From: Phoronis australis
Taxonomy: Eukaryota; Animalia; Phoronida
Reading direction: 5' to 3'
Assembly: GCA_002633005.1 (NCBI GenBank)
Contig: NMRA01000100.1
Span: 697,475 to 761,474 of the forward strand
DNA: 64,000 nucleotides
Under the pieces are notes generated by a model. The model had not been told where the DNA came from. It worked only from the letters and a program-made list of their open reading frames with translations, and searched no databases. Numbering within the stretch: the stretch's first letter is position 1; every line of letters starts with the position of its first letter. Made by a program: the position numbers and the translations under genes. This document shows positions 1 to 12,500 of this stretch, piece by piece.

Positions 1-356
1 TTCGTGGTCATCTCATGTTTTAGGAAGATAGTTTCCCATGCCTGAGATTAATAAGTTTCCCCATAAGTATGTTTTTGGGTCTATAGCTTTAGGATAATCA
101 GGGACTGCTGGCGTGCTTACCATGGTTATGTACTATGTGAAAACTTCTCAAGAAACCTCCTTTGCTTTTATCTAGTGTCTTGGATAACCACTGCCGTTAT
201 GTAACCTGATCTGGCCAGCGGCATGTCTTCAATAGCTGATACTTAGTCACGATACCGTCATTATGCGCAGACAGCCTATTGCGGTTTACCTGAACGCGTG
301 CTCGTTAAAGGTGTGCAGCGCGAGCTGGTAGTGAGTTGACAGCATCAGAGACAATC

Positions 357-518
357 ATGTCTGTGGTACGGAGGCAGCTGTGCCATCTACTGCCTTGCAT
401 TGCAGCCAAAGAGGAGAAACATGTACAAGATGTGTCTAGGGACCCTATACCCGTCCAAGTCTTTCCCGACATATTGAGACAGAAGAACAAGGATACTCTA
501 CTGCATGTAGAGTTTAAG
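357..518 (+). CDS. PTP exon 1 ([14 protein letters not shown]...[25 protein letters not shown]), N-terminus and pre-D1 region
   Basis: ATG at 357, in-frame TAA upstream at 306-308, donor AAG|GTAAGG, phase 0. PIPV..F..L..EF matches the RPTP juxtamembrane/alpha1' pattern and joins exon 2 in frame. Confidence 0.8.
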
Positions 519-3500
519 GTAAGGTGCTGACCAGGAGTGTGTTCTGTAGACCAAGGAGTATGTTCTGTAGACCAAGGAGTGTGTTCTGTAGACCAAGGAG
601 TGTGTTCTGTAGACCAAGGAGTGTGTTCTGTAGACCAAGGAGTGTGTTCTGTAGACCAAGAAGTGTGTTCAGTAGACCAAGGAGTGTGTTCTGTAGACCA
701 AGGAGTGTGTTCTGTAGACCAAGGAGTGTGTTCTGTAGACCATGGAGTGTGTTCTGTAGACCAAGGGTCTGTTTCACGAGAAGTGTCTTGGGACTTTAGT
801 CCAAAATGAATGGTCTTACAATCCATGCATCTAATTATGAAAAATATTTAAATATCACTGTAGCCAAGTTCGATGTCTCTGAGACTATACTCATAACTGC
901 TAATTACTGAGATAATTGTGTAGTCATTAAATTGATAACCTTCATTTAGTAATTGTGAAGTGAGACCGTAACACAAAGTTTTTGACTTTAGTCTCAAGTC
1001 AGTTTTCAACACTGGCTCCAAGTTTCTTGCGAGAAATGCAGGTCATGTATATCCATGCAAATGTGAGAGAATGAGAAGCGAGCATTAATTATCACTTTAT
1101 TATAAAGCATAAGCTATCAAAATGGCGGCAAGGTTGTGATGTTTGATTATCCGATAGAATTTGTGAATTATGCGATAGATTTTTCATGGCTAATGTCTTG
1201 GGTCTACGGAACTCGGCCTTGATGTTACCTCTCTAGTTGAGTTTAGGGCAAAACACAGCCGATTTTACCTTAACTTGCGTGCCTGGTGAGTTTCCAACGA
1301 AAGTTGCACCTATTTACAAGTCTTGTACACCTGGGCTATGTTCTGTGGACGCATGACACTCATGAAAAAAGTTAGGGTGATCACGTGCTTTGTTTGAAAT
1401 GCATGATATCTCGTGAACACCTGTGTGTTTGCCAGTTTCTTGCGTCTACAGAATGCTGCCCCAATTTTTTGGTAAAAATTTGTTTGATGTTTGCCGTTTA
1501 CTCTGAATTATGTTTAACCACTAGTTTCTTGTCTTCACCTGCTATTGTATATAATTGTATCAATGAGATCAAGAATTTCTGTTATGTGAAATGTACCATA
1601 TAGTGGAAAGCTTTTCTCCCAATGGCTTTGAATAAGTTGTGCAAAATAAGAGAATTGGCCCTTTATATCCAGAACGCCTATCAGTAGCAAAAACACAATT
1701 ATGTCATTGAACTTGATCCCTCTCGTAATTAGAAAGCACATCCTCCCATGTTATTTCTGAGCATTGGCCATTGATTTTTTCAAAGATCAGATCAGTCTTG
1801 TGGTCAAGATGTCATGTGAATGTTGTGTTCACACCTGTTACCAGTGGGTTGTGAGTCATAAGTTAAATAATCAGCAATTTGGATTCTCTTCCTACATTTT
1901 TGACATCTGTGTTCGTACTAAGTAATCTGGGTTGTAACTTTTCTACAATCGCAACTATACCATTCCATTGAGTTATATAGCTGCTTTAGTCGGTTAGTGG
2001 CCAATGCTATAATAGTATCTGTTCTATGGGTTACCATCAAGGTTCTTCAATTAAGAATGCAACATGGCGTAACAGTGACCTCTCTGGTGTGCCCCCTAGT
2101 GGCAATTTTAATTTTTTACGCTTGCCTCTGTATCTTGGAGATCCTCAAAGATTTTCATAAAATTTGGCAGTTAGTCATCTATTAGTGAGATGATGACATC
2201 GTCTCGTTTTCACACAGATTTGAGGTACTAATGTGGCCATTTTCGCCGTTCTATAATCAACCAAACCGCTCTAGGGATGATTTTGAAAATTGGCATATAT
2301 GTTCTTACTGTGAAGAGGGCGGCTGACGATGATTTTTCGATGACTTTGACTAATATGGCGCCTCCTATTGGCAGTTTTGTTTGTTTTTGCGCCCATGGCT
2401 GTATCTCCTAAATGCTCTACAGGATATTTATTGAATTTTGCTGGGGTATTATATGAAGTTGAAAGCAAAGTACGACTGCTTTCAAATGGATTAGATTATC
2501 AGTGTGCTTCCTAAAGACAATTTTTTTGTTTTTTACGTTTACCTCTGTATCTATAAGGGTTCAACAGATCTTCATAAAATTTAGCAAATAAGGTGAGGTG
2601 ACGCTATCCTCTGTTTTTCGGATGAATTGGAGGTATTTTGCACCATCTGGTGGCCATTTTTACTATTTTCGAGTCTTTTTTCATCTGCCCCTATGTCAAC
2701 CAAACCACTCTAAGGATGATTTTGGAAATTTGGCATGTATGTTCCTAATGTGAAGAGGAAGGCTGACAATTTTCTGATGACTTTGAGTACTATGGCGCCT
2801 CTTAGTGGCATTTTTTGCGCCCATTGCGGTATCTCCTAAACACTATGCAGGATGTATAATTAAATTTAGCAAATGAATTCATATGAAGTTGACAACGGAT
2901 GACGACGACTTTCAGATATATCTGACGTACGCTGTGCCCCCTAGTGGCAATTTCATTTTTTCTGTTTTCCTCTGTTTCTTTGAAGTTCGTTTACGGATTT
3001 TTATGAAATTCAATAAATAGCTTTCTATTAAAAAATGATGGCAATTTGTTTCCATTTTCAGATGGATTCGACGTATTTTGCGCCGTCTAGTGACCATTTT
3101 TATGATACAAATAAACACTCCTAGAAGCGCACCGTTCGCGGTGCATTCGTGGTCGCATTGTTAACAATGCATTGAGCTTTTGAAAGATGATATGGCACTT
3201 AAACCTATACAACTGCACTGACTGTTCAAACTAGTTTATAACCGTTACAACTGGACTGACCGTACACACCAGTTTATAACTAGTACATATGCACTTACTT
3301 TTCACACCAATGTCACAACTGCACTGACCATTCACACCAGTTTATGACTGTTACAGCTGTAGGTTTGGTTTCAAGTCCACAGATGATTGTAAACTGCAAG
3401 CCCTTGTCTCCAGTATGAGCAGGTCAATGTAAACTGGGGATTTTGTTGAACCATTCTGTAGTTCACAGCATCGATGTAAATGATTAAGGAGACGCTGCCA

Positions 3501-6500
3501 TCATTGAAGTAATTGCAAGGTAGCGCTGATGAATAAATGCCGTTCGAGGTACACTGGGAAATGGCAGATTTTTCTTCCTGTGTGTGCAAAGATTTTTTAA
3601 TATGACATATTTGAGAACATTTTACTGGTGGCTATTTGAGCAAAATGTTCGCGAATATTAGTGACGACCTTGCCCTTAAATTGTTTACAATAATAGTAGC
3701 CCCTGGTAATTACTTTGATAAGACTAAGTTGACCGTTCATACCACACCTCAGTGTCGATGCTTCCTGTTATATCCCTGTTTACTGCAGAGTTAACTGTCG
3801 CAGTAAACCTCAATCCTTTACCAAAGTTAACCGTACTGACCCCAACTCCTCAAAACATCAACACGTTATCAAGCAAAATCGTTTCTTTCAAAATTTATTT
3901 TGCCACATTTTGTCAACATTTGCAGTACAAATTGTCCCTATTTTGGTTTTATTAATGTTAAGGTCTGCTGTCGATTATTTATCCGCGTTTGCAGGCTGGT
4001 AACAGACACTGCTCCTGTTGCATAGCGGGCGTACTTAAGCCTGGGTTCCTGAATGAATTGTGCTTCCGATATCGCGGTTAGTTCAAAATGGCGGTGTGTT
4101 CTTCAGGTCGGAGTCGTGAGTGACGCGTTTATTTAATTTTCTTCGACAACGGATTGTGAATTGGTTATGGGATTGGTAAAATTTCTCCTATCCATTTAAT
4201 AATGGTTAAAAATTTGTACTTCTAGGACTTTAAGCCTATTGATTAGCTTTTGGCTCGGTAACCATGAGAATCACACCCCAACACGATGCTGTTCTTTTCA
4301 GACCCCTATTTAATTCAACTGTTTTTGGCCTTTTGTTGTTTGTGCTGGGATCTCACAGTGATCCAATATGGCACGAAAAGGCAACTTCACCTATTTTTTG
4401 AGGGGCCTACATTTGAGTAATTAAATTGGCATTTTCTTCTTTTGCTAAAGGCTCATTTTGCTTAAAAACTATCTGGTTAGCCCAATACATCTAAATTAAC
4501 ACAATTCCATTGAAGTTATAAGTTTTAAGGCTGTTCCAAATATCAGTTTAGTCCATTGTTAAGTGAAATCATTCGTCAACAGGTACCAGAGAATTTATTT
4601 TGGCTAATTTGTATAGTATTTATTCTGTTGAAATTGATCCTGTATCTTTCCTTTATATGAGGAATTCAATTTCAGAGAGAAAAAATCTCCAGTTTTAGTT
4701 CACGATGTGTTTTTTTGCCATGAAGTCATCCATGGCTGATGTGTTGATTGTTCTGCTCCACACAATTAAGATTGTTGATCAGATTTCCTGATAAACAGAC
4801 TTCTTGAGGATGGAACATGATGAGCCAAACTTAACAGAAAATGTTAAAGTGGCTTTGGCCAAACAGTGAGCTTTTGAGTGTTAGCTTGACTGCTTGCTAC
4901 TGTAAAATAGTGAGCTTTTGAGTGTTAGCTTGACTGCTTGCTACTGTAAAATAGTGAGATCTAAATGTTTTTACTCAAAATCATACTCGAAAATGTATTT
5001 GACATTGATGGTTTGAGCTCAAAAGTAATTATCCATTGTACTGTGCTTGAGCATATGGTATGTTCTGCACAAACTGCTGTGTTGTCCAAATTTGCCAACC
5101 GTCCTTTTAATGCTCTCAAATCGCATGCAATTAATGACTAATGAAGAACTGCCCTATTTCATAACTATGTCAAGTGTTGATTTTTGTGATGGAAGGTGGA
5201 TTTATAGGCACTTTAAAACATAAAAAGATGTGTAGGTCAGTTTGAACATTACATTCGGCTGAATCCCCTCTCCAAAATGCCATTAAAATTTTATTTATCA
5301 TTCCATTGGTTTTTAGTAACAAGTACAGTTGTATTACTGATGTCAAATATCAACTTTTATGGATATTCGTCAATGTAGTAATAATAATAAGCCTTTGAAA
5401 ATTGGTACGGTTATGCATAATTATTTTTCTTCAAGAAAGAATTTTTTAGAAATTTAAAATGATTCTTCCCTGTTCTGTCAATTCCATCGCCTGAACGATT
5501 AACGGTGAACTATTTTTCTTCTGGTCTTCCACTGTATTGATTTCTTTTTATTCAAAACAATTAAACGTAAAAAATAGCCAGTTACTCTGTCAACCTCTGT
5601 TAATACTTTAGGTTTTGCCTCGAGGCATGGTGCACAAAACATTCATTAGAGTGCATTTTTCCAAGTCTCTTGGGTTGAAATGTGTTATTAATTGCAGAAG
5701 TCATTTCATGATTTTTAATGAATCACCAACTCTCATTCAATTAATTCCTAACTCTGAGTAATGTTGCCATTATCCAAATTAATTTTCACGAAATTTAATT
5801 TCCAACATTTACTGCCATTCAGTCACATTTCGTATTAAGCTGCAACTGCATTAGGGTTCCATACTATTGTACATGTAACAGCGGGTGACTAACGGTAAAG
5901 CTCAAACTTTAATTGTTAACTTGGAACATAAAATCGTTGAAAATAGACTTCGCTTTTGTTGGTTGTTATTCCTTTTTTGTTTCCTGATTCCACAGTGATA
6001 TTATGCCTGATGTCTCTATGGCCTGCAATGTTTTGAATTTGTATTCACATGTAGAAGAATACACAATTTAATACTGAAGGTCATTTCAATTCACTTTCTT
6101 TACAAACAAACAACTTGGCAACAATTGACATTGGTTTTTCTGAATACTAGATGTTTGTAAAAAATATAGAAGTGTAGGGAAACTTGCTCAAAATCACGTG
6201 AGTGTGATTCTCCGAGCAACGGTGAAGCTAGTCGCAGATGACTTTACCCTTTGCTTGTCTAAAGTTGTTGACTGAGACTGTGTTCAAAATGCTACATATC
6301 AGCTGCATCCCTGTGTAAAATGCCATGAAGTATCTCATACATGTGATTACACTTGGTTCACATTATCACATGATGCGTGTAATGAGAGGCTGTCACCATC
6401 ATGGTGAGGTCTGAAACATTTATAATAGTCTTCTCTCATTCATATCATGTTGCAGTAATTGATGAATTACCCCTTGCTAATATGTTGAGATTCAGCCACT

Positions 6501-9500
6501 GATTTCTGCTATATTTGTTTCATTGTTCATGACCACACACTGTATCAAAGCTGTACTTCCACAGAAAAACAAGCTTATCTAACATTTTTCCTGGCTATGG
6601 GCTGTAAAATTACTTGTTTTTATTTTGACCTTGATGCAGTTTTATCTCAGATTGGTCCAGGTTTATTGGTTTAATAGCTTTAGATGTTTATATTTTCTGT
6701 AACTTCCTGTTAGAAGTTGAAATGTGTTTATAGCTTGTTTATTAGTTTTTTGCTGTAGGTCTCTTTAATGTTTACATTAGAACTATTTACTTCCCTGTTG
6801 TCTGGAGATGAGGCTTTTTGCTTATCAGGTCTGGCACTTTTTTCAAACTCCGCTAGTCTGCTAGTCTACGGTATGCGCAGATGTCATGTCGCTTTTATTT
6901 AGTTGCCACTGAGCTATGTAGCTATAGAATCTCAAAGATATGAACTTTTGATTGAAACTGAATTCACATTTATCCCTGGCCACCCATGTAAAGCCTTTTA
7001 ATCTGGTATAATGTGAGAACTACTATTTGATCCTTCCATGTGCTTTTTCACACTCGGAGAGTTTCTTTGCAAGGTAAGCTATATGTATATATATATTGTG
7101 ATTTATGCATCACGCACACCCAAATTCTAAAAGCTATCAAGGTCTCTGGAACCACGCTGTGGCAGAGGGCTAGCATGGTGTATAATCATAATTTGAGTGA
7201 CCTTTATCAATAGACTAAGTATTGCCAACATTCCTTTGATGTCCTAACAGGCTACTCTGGGTAAAGGAACCCACCTAGCCTAGTCTTGGGTTAGCAAGGT
7301 CTGTAAACACTATTGGCATGACATGATGAAGAGAAGATTTAATTCCTTAAACTCCACATAGAAAACAGTTAAATTGCCTATTGCTCTGAAAATTCGTTAG
7401 TCGCCTGTGTGACCAGCCAGTGAACTTACTAATGTCTAGCCGCTTTTTCAGTTACATTGGGTGTGGGGAGTTGCATCCCAACACAACTTTATATACAATG
7501 ATCTGTTTGCAGGAGGACAAAGACAGCTTTTTATACCACAATATTAGCGCCAAATGGCAGATACAACCGTGTAATAACCCATATAGTTATCTCACTAGTG
7601 AGATAACGATTTGGCGGGAAACCGAGGACGGAGTCGAACCCGGGACCTTGAGTTTGCTGGTCGCCGACCTTAACCACTACACCACGCAGCGGCTGACGTC
7701 ATCTAGAGTGAAAATAGAATACTTAAATGAGCACGTGCAATAATCGTACGTTCAACAAACCGCATTGTACTGTACTTATACGCTACGAAAAATAAGACAC
7801 ATAATTTCTATAAAAATGATATCTTAATTCAGTGAAATTTTTCTCTCATGTCCTCTTACTTGTAAATCACCGATCTCTAGTTTGAATGCGGGTATCGTGT
7901 CGTCAGGATCTTTGACTTGAGAATTATATTCAGTTACCAGTGGTAACCTACTTTAGCAGACGATAATTTCCCGGTCGAAGCTTAGCGTGAAAAAAACGTG
8001 TTTTAAGCTATAATAGTTGGTAAACCTTAATTTATGAATTCAGTTTATTTCTATTATATTTAAGTTTTCAATTGGTTTTGAGTAAAAGCATTATTTGACA
8101 AAAATAGCCCGGCTTTTCTTAAAAGGTCACGACCTCCGACCCCGGGCCTCTGACATAGAAAGTAGTTACAAAGCCGTGGAGAGTCAGAAAAGGTAAATCG
8201 ATTCATTGCAATGTTTCTCGTTTAGTATGTGGTATAAATAGATTATTACATGTTCTCAGTCGTTATCCCCCTTATCTAGAGCCCTCGTGGATTTTGTAGA
8301 ATTATCACCCTCGGGGCTAACGCCCCTCGGGCGATAATTCTCCAAAATCCACTCGGGCTCTAGATAACGGGGGATAACGTCTTCGCCATGTAATAATCTA
8401 TATATATTTCAGTCTACCTGTACGCAGTGAACAATGTAGGTTGGCTGGTGATAAAAATTCTCAACCAGCTGAATTTTTGATGGAAACAATTATGTAGATT
8501 TGTGCGATGTTGTTTATGGTTTGATTCTGCCCATGTGTATTAGTACACATGATAATCCGATGCTAAGTTGGTAAAGTTTGTGCAGATGTTTTAAAATTTT
8601 GTGGAGGCATCTTCCTGAAAATTGATGGGTTTTCCTGAAACTGCCATAACTACGTTATTCCACGCATATTCTTTGGGGTATTAACCTGCGCTTAGCATTT
8701 AATTTGCTAGATTGTTCTCGCGTTTATTGACTTTTCCCATATGAAATGGGGAATGTAATGTAATTACAGCAGTGCTGCAATCCATTTATTTTGTTGAAAG
8801 ATGTGTTCTCCCAACCTCCACCAGGGGCAATGATAGCATGCATCTTGTGATGTCCCAAAATTAGTCACTTATGGGACTCTGACTAAGCATTTGTGCATGC
8901 ATCAGTATGGAACAGAATACTTGTGGAACTGTCTATCTTACTTAGAGAGGAAATTGTTAGGTGGCCTCAGTGGCAACAACTAGTAGAACAGTCACGTAAA
9001 AAACGCGAATCGAAACTTGACCAGTGTTAATGAACACGTGGCGAAAAAGCGTGCGCTAGGGCCCACATATATGTTAGAATGTGGACCTGCTACCGACTCT
9101 GGCAAATGAGCTCTGATGGCATGCGCTCGCTCAGCGCAGACTTGCGGACTAACTTAAAACAAACGTCACGTGGCAACAACATCTGTGTTCGTCTAGATTT
9201 TTCACTTGTGCGGGGTGCGATCTTGCCCAGATTTGGACTGCGGTTAATCCCGACTCCACAGGAACTAAAAAATCTTAAGTACGCTATTTGGAAAACTTAA
9301 AGGACAATGCCACCCAATTTAATTAGTGTTTTTTACCATCTTAATCTGTCTATATCCACATCACCTCGTATACGGTGGATCTCACCTTGCCGAGAGGTGT
9401 TGCGTTAACCTGTGAGGAAGGTGAGAAACGACTCAGCGACATCAGTGGTTTTTCTGCAGAGTGAGTGCTGCTATGGAGGGGACTGTATTGTTCCCGCTTG

Positions 9501-12500
9501 AGCGAACTAATGAAGCTACGTCTGCTCAGGAAAGCAGGTATATCTTTTTTTCGATTTCCTCGAGAGCACGCAATGCTTCAGAAGTGGTTCGCGGTAGTGA
9601 AGAATGAAAAGTACGCCGTAATACCAATTAAGTATGAGGCCATGAAACTTCTCCGTGTCTGTGGCCGGCATTTCGTCCACAGTGATTTCTCTGACTACCG
9701 AATGCCGGCTCACCAAACAGCTCGTGCCAGGGCAGAAAAAGAGACTGAGTATGAAGTCAGATGTTGTGCCTGGTGTGTTTGGGTTGTTGCTCAGTTTTTG
9801 ATTATGGAGAATTGTAGGTGGCCATGGAAACAAACAATTACAATTAATTGAAGGCATTAGAGAACATAACATTTTATATATTTAACCTGTTTGATGACTT
9901 ACTCATTCGTCAGGCTTCTGTTTGGACCTCTGGGTGTAGCATGTTTTCGCCAGTTCTTTTTCCCAGTCCCAAAAACGTTGTAAGCTGCCGAGACTTCTGT
10001 TTAGATGCGGTGCAAAATCAAGATGGTGCGTGAGACACATCTACACTTCTCCAAGAAGGCGTTTCATTTGCGGAATTTGTGGCAGCAAACGCAAGTGTCA
10101 GCAATGTTTCCATTATCGTGCAGTTAGTACACTCAGACACCATGACAAATCATTCAAACGGTTCTCGGAACTATCCACATGTTCCATTGTCTGCACGTTC
10201 ACAACGCCTGTATCTTGTATTTCTTGATCAGTGAATTCTGGTTCGAACTGATAGCTTGTGAAACCTATCGATTGACCTGTGAAGTATACGTCAGATGAAC
10301 ACTCATCTAAGTCGGGATTGTGAGTTGCCAAGGTTGACATTTTTTATTGTGCGCTATGTTTCAAAATTAATTATTCTCACCCTAAGCAATGCTTATATAA
10401 AACTGAAGTGAAGATGCAATAAACTAATTGACCGGGCACCTTCATACCATGAATAATACTCTTACAAGGAAATCACACATTTCTAAAGATATGCGGGAAT
10501 TTTCACCGCTTGTCCTTCTGAGCTGCTTGTACCTAAAAGAGAGCGTAGTACCAGAATCAGGTACAATTGTGATGACCACATTGCCCCATGCATGCGAGCA
10601 AGACCCAATTAAAGTGTATTAAACAAATCTGACTGTACATAACGGCGAATTTTCAAAATGCATTAACCACTAATTTTCCGTATAAACCAACACCACAGCG
10701 GTATTCAGCCGGAAAAAAAACAACCAAGTACGGTTTTCGATTTTTAAAAATCGATAAATTAATAATTTAAAAGCTACAACCATTGGGCAATATTGAAGAT
10801 AAACTACCGCGCGTATTGATATACTGGGTGGATATACAAACACTGATCAGAGTTAACAATATCACATGGATTCATTTTTTAATATTCTTTCAATCTCGTT
10901 TAACCAGATTTTTGACCAGGAAACAGTTGTTGTGCCCACTTTCATATTTTTTTAACGACAAAGAGCTAGTATAGTTATATAGTCAGTGCCACCAAAACAG
11001 GCCCCCGTTCGACACCTAGTGAAGAGGACAATTCGTCATTCAATGAACAGATCGGTGAGCGAAACTTTTGATTAGTTTATTGTGGACTTGTCTAAAGTAT
11101 TGGAGCTATTTAGAAGGTGCCAGGTGTGTGACGAGGGTGTCACATGGCAGGATGTAAGCAGTTTGCGTGCTCAAGTCACTATCTGAGTGGGAGTGTGTCG
11201 CAGCCACTTGGGCAAGTGGGACAGTTGTTCCTCTGTCCGTGGGACGATAATGAGTACATCTCAGTACGCAGTAACAGTGTGGCATGTTGACTGACTCGTA
11301 AATAAAAACACACGATGACCGAACTTATCAAAACCTCGAGATAGAAAAATGACTGACTGGGCAGCTCTCACAGTCAGACTATACGAAAAGAAATAGGCGG
11401 GAAATTCTTGCCTCCCAAAACGTCACTTCCGGAGCAGTGAACGAATAGTTAATCAAATAACGAAAAGCTGTAATTAAGGGGAAAATATGTCTGGGATAAC
11501 CAACAAACCTTTTTTTGCATAAAAAGACATGATAAAAGGTTGCCTTCGCCTTTAAGTATAGTCTTTTCGTGACTGGAATTTTAGTTTCTAACTTTGGCTG
11601 GTTTATGTCTGATGTCTTCAGGCTGGCCGCGACGGGCCTGATCGGGTTTACGCATCAGTCGGCAAGTTTTCGCCATGGGATTTCAGCACATTTTTTAAAA
11701 AAAAGATTGTAATTTAACAACAATTAGTTTGATAGCAATGCACCACAGTTTTGTAGAAAGTTTGTCATAGGTTACAGATACATCACAGCGTGTAAATTTG
11801 ATTTCACCCATTGTCGAAGACCGGGTTTCAACCGCCTTAGACTACAACAAGCGCATCCGTCCCGAAATGAATTTTTCTAAGCACCCTGGGCGAATACATT
11901 AGCCCTAATAGATGGTGGCATCAACGAACCAAATGATGATTTTTATTGACCCTGGCAGCAACTTTGTGGTGACAGACGCTAACGACTGGGCGACTGAATT
12001 TCGGGCTGGGTGAGTAGATTTTATGGCTCAATCACCCAGCTGGTGAGTGGGGTTTTGAAACTTGAGTATATCCTTGATGGGCTGGGTGCTTATTTTAGCT
12101 GAGTCTGATAACACATGGGGGCGCCTTATAGGGGCATGGGCGCTTATTAGGGTGAATCCGGTATTCATTATTGACTTCACTGAAAAGATCATAGCGTTTT
12201 TATCTGTCTTTCATTTTATTTGCAGCACAGCTGCTTCTTGCAACAATATTTTGGGCTTCATTACAAGTAATTGGTTTGAAAAAGAACATTTTGTAAAATA
12301 TGTACTTAAGCTACATGAAGTATCCAGCGTTGGACTGGGTGACACCTGTCAGCTTCTGGCAACCATTTCTAGCATTGTTTTCTTATTCTGATCTTTATAT
12401 GCAGGTTTATGCAAAGCCTTTTTTGAAAAAATGCAACAATGTAAAAGATCCTTATTCTACAATAGTTTAATCTGGAGGTTTAACAATAATGTATCATTGT

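Larger units (their letters stand above)
9301..11551. mobile_element. Decayed Kolobok-like DNA transposon (TTAA TSD) nested in a small TIR element (8989..11576)
   Basis: TTAA|aggacaatgccacc ... ggttgccttcgcct|TTAA imperfect TIRs (10/14 match); convergent THAP and Cys-rich remnants; outer inverted repeat cagtcacg(t)aaaa / ttttcgtgactg. Confidence 0.6.

Noticed and set aside
305-826. Periodic ORFs ([28 protein letters not shown] repeats)
   Set aside because: By-products of the 21-bp minisatellite; they appear in several frames on both strands.
7622-7693. Functional tRNA gene
   Set aside because: A and B boxes are present but the cloverleaf stems pair poorly; treated as a SINE head or pseudogene.
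11870-12163. pogo/Tc1-like MITE ending gggcgcttattagggtgaatccggta
   Set aside because: Only one convincing end, so boundaries cannot be supported.
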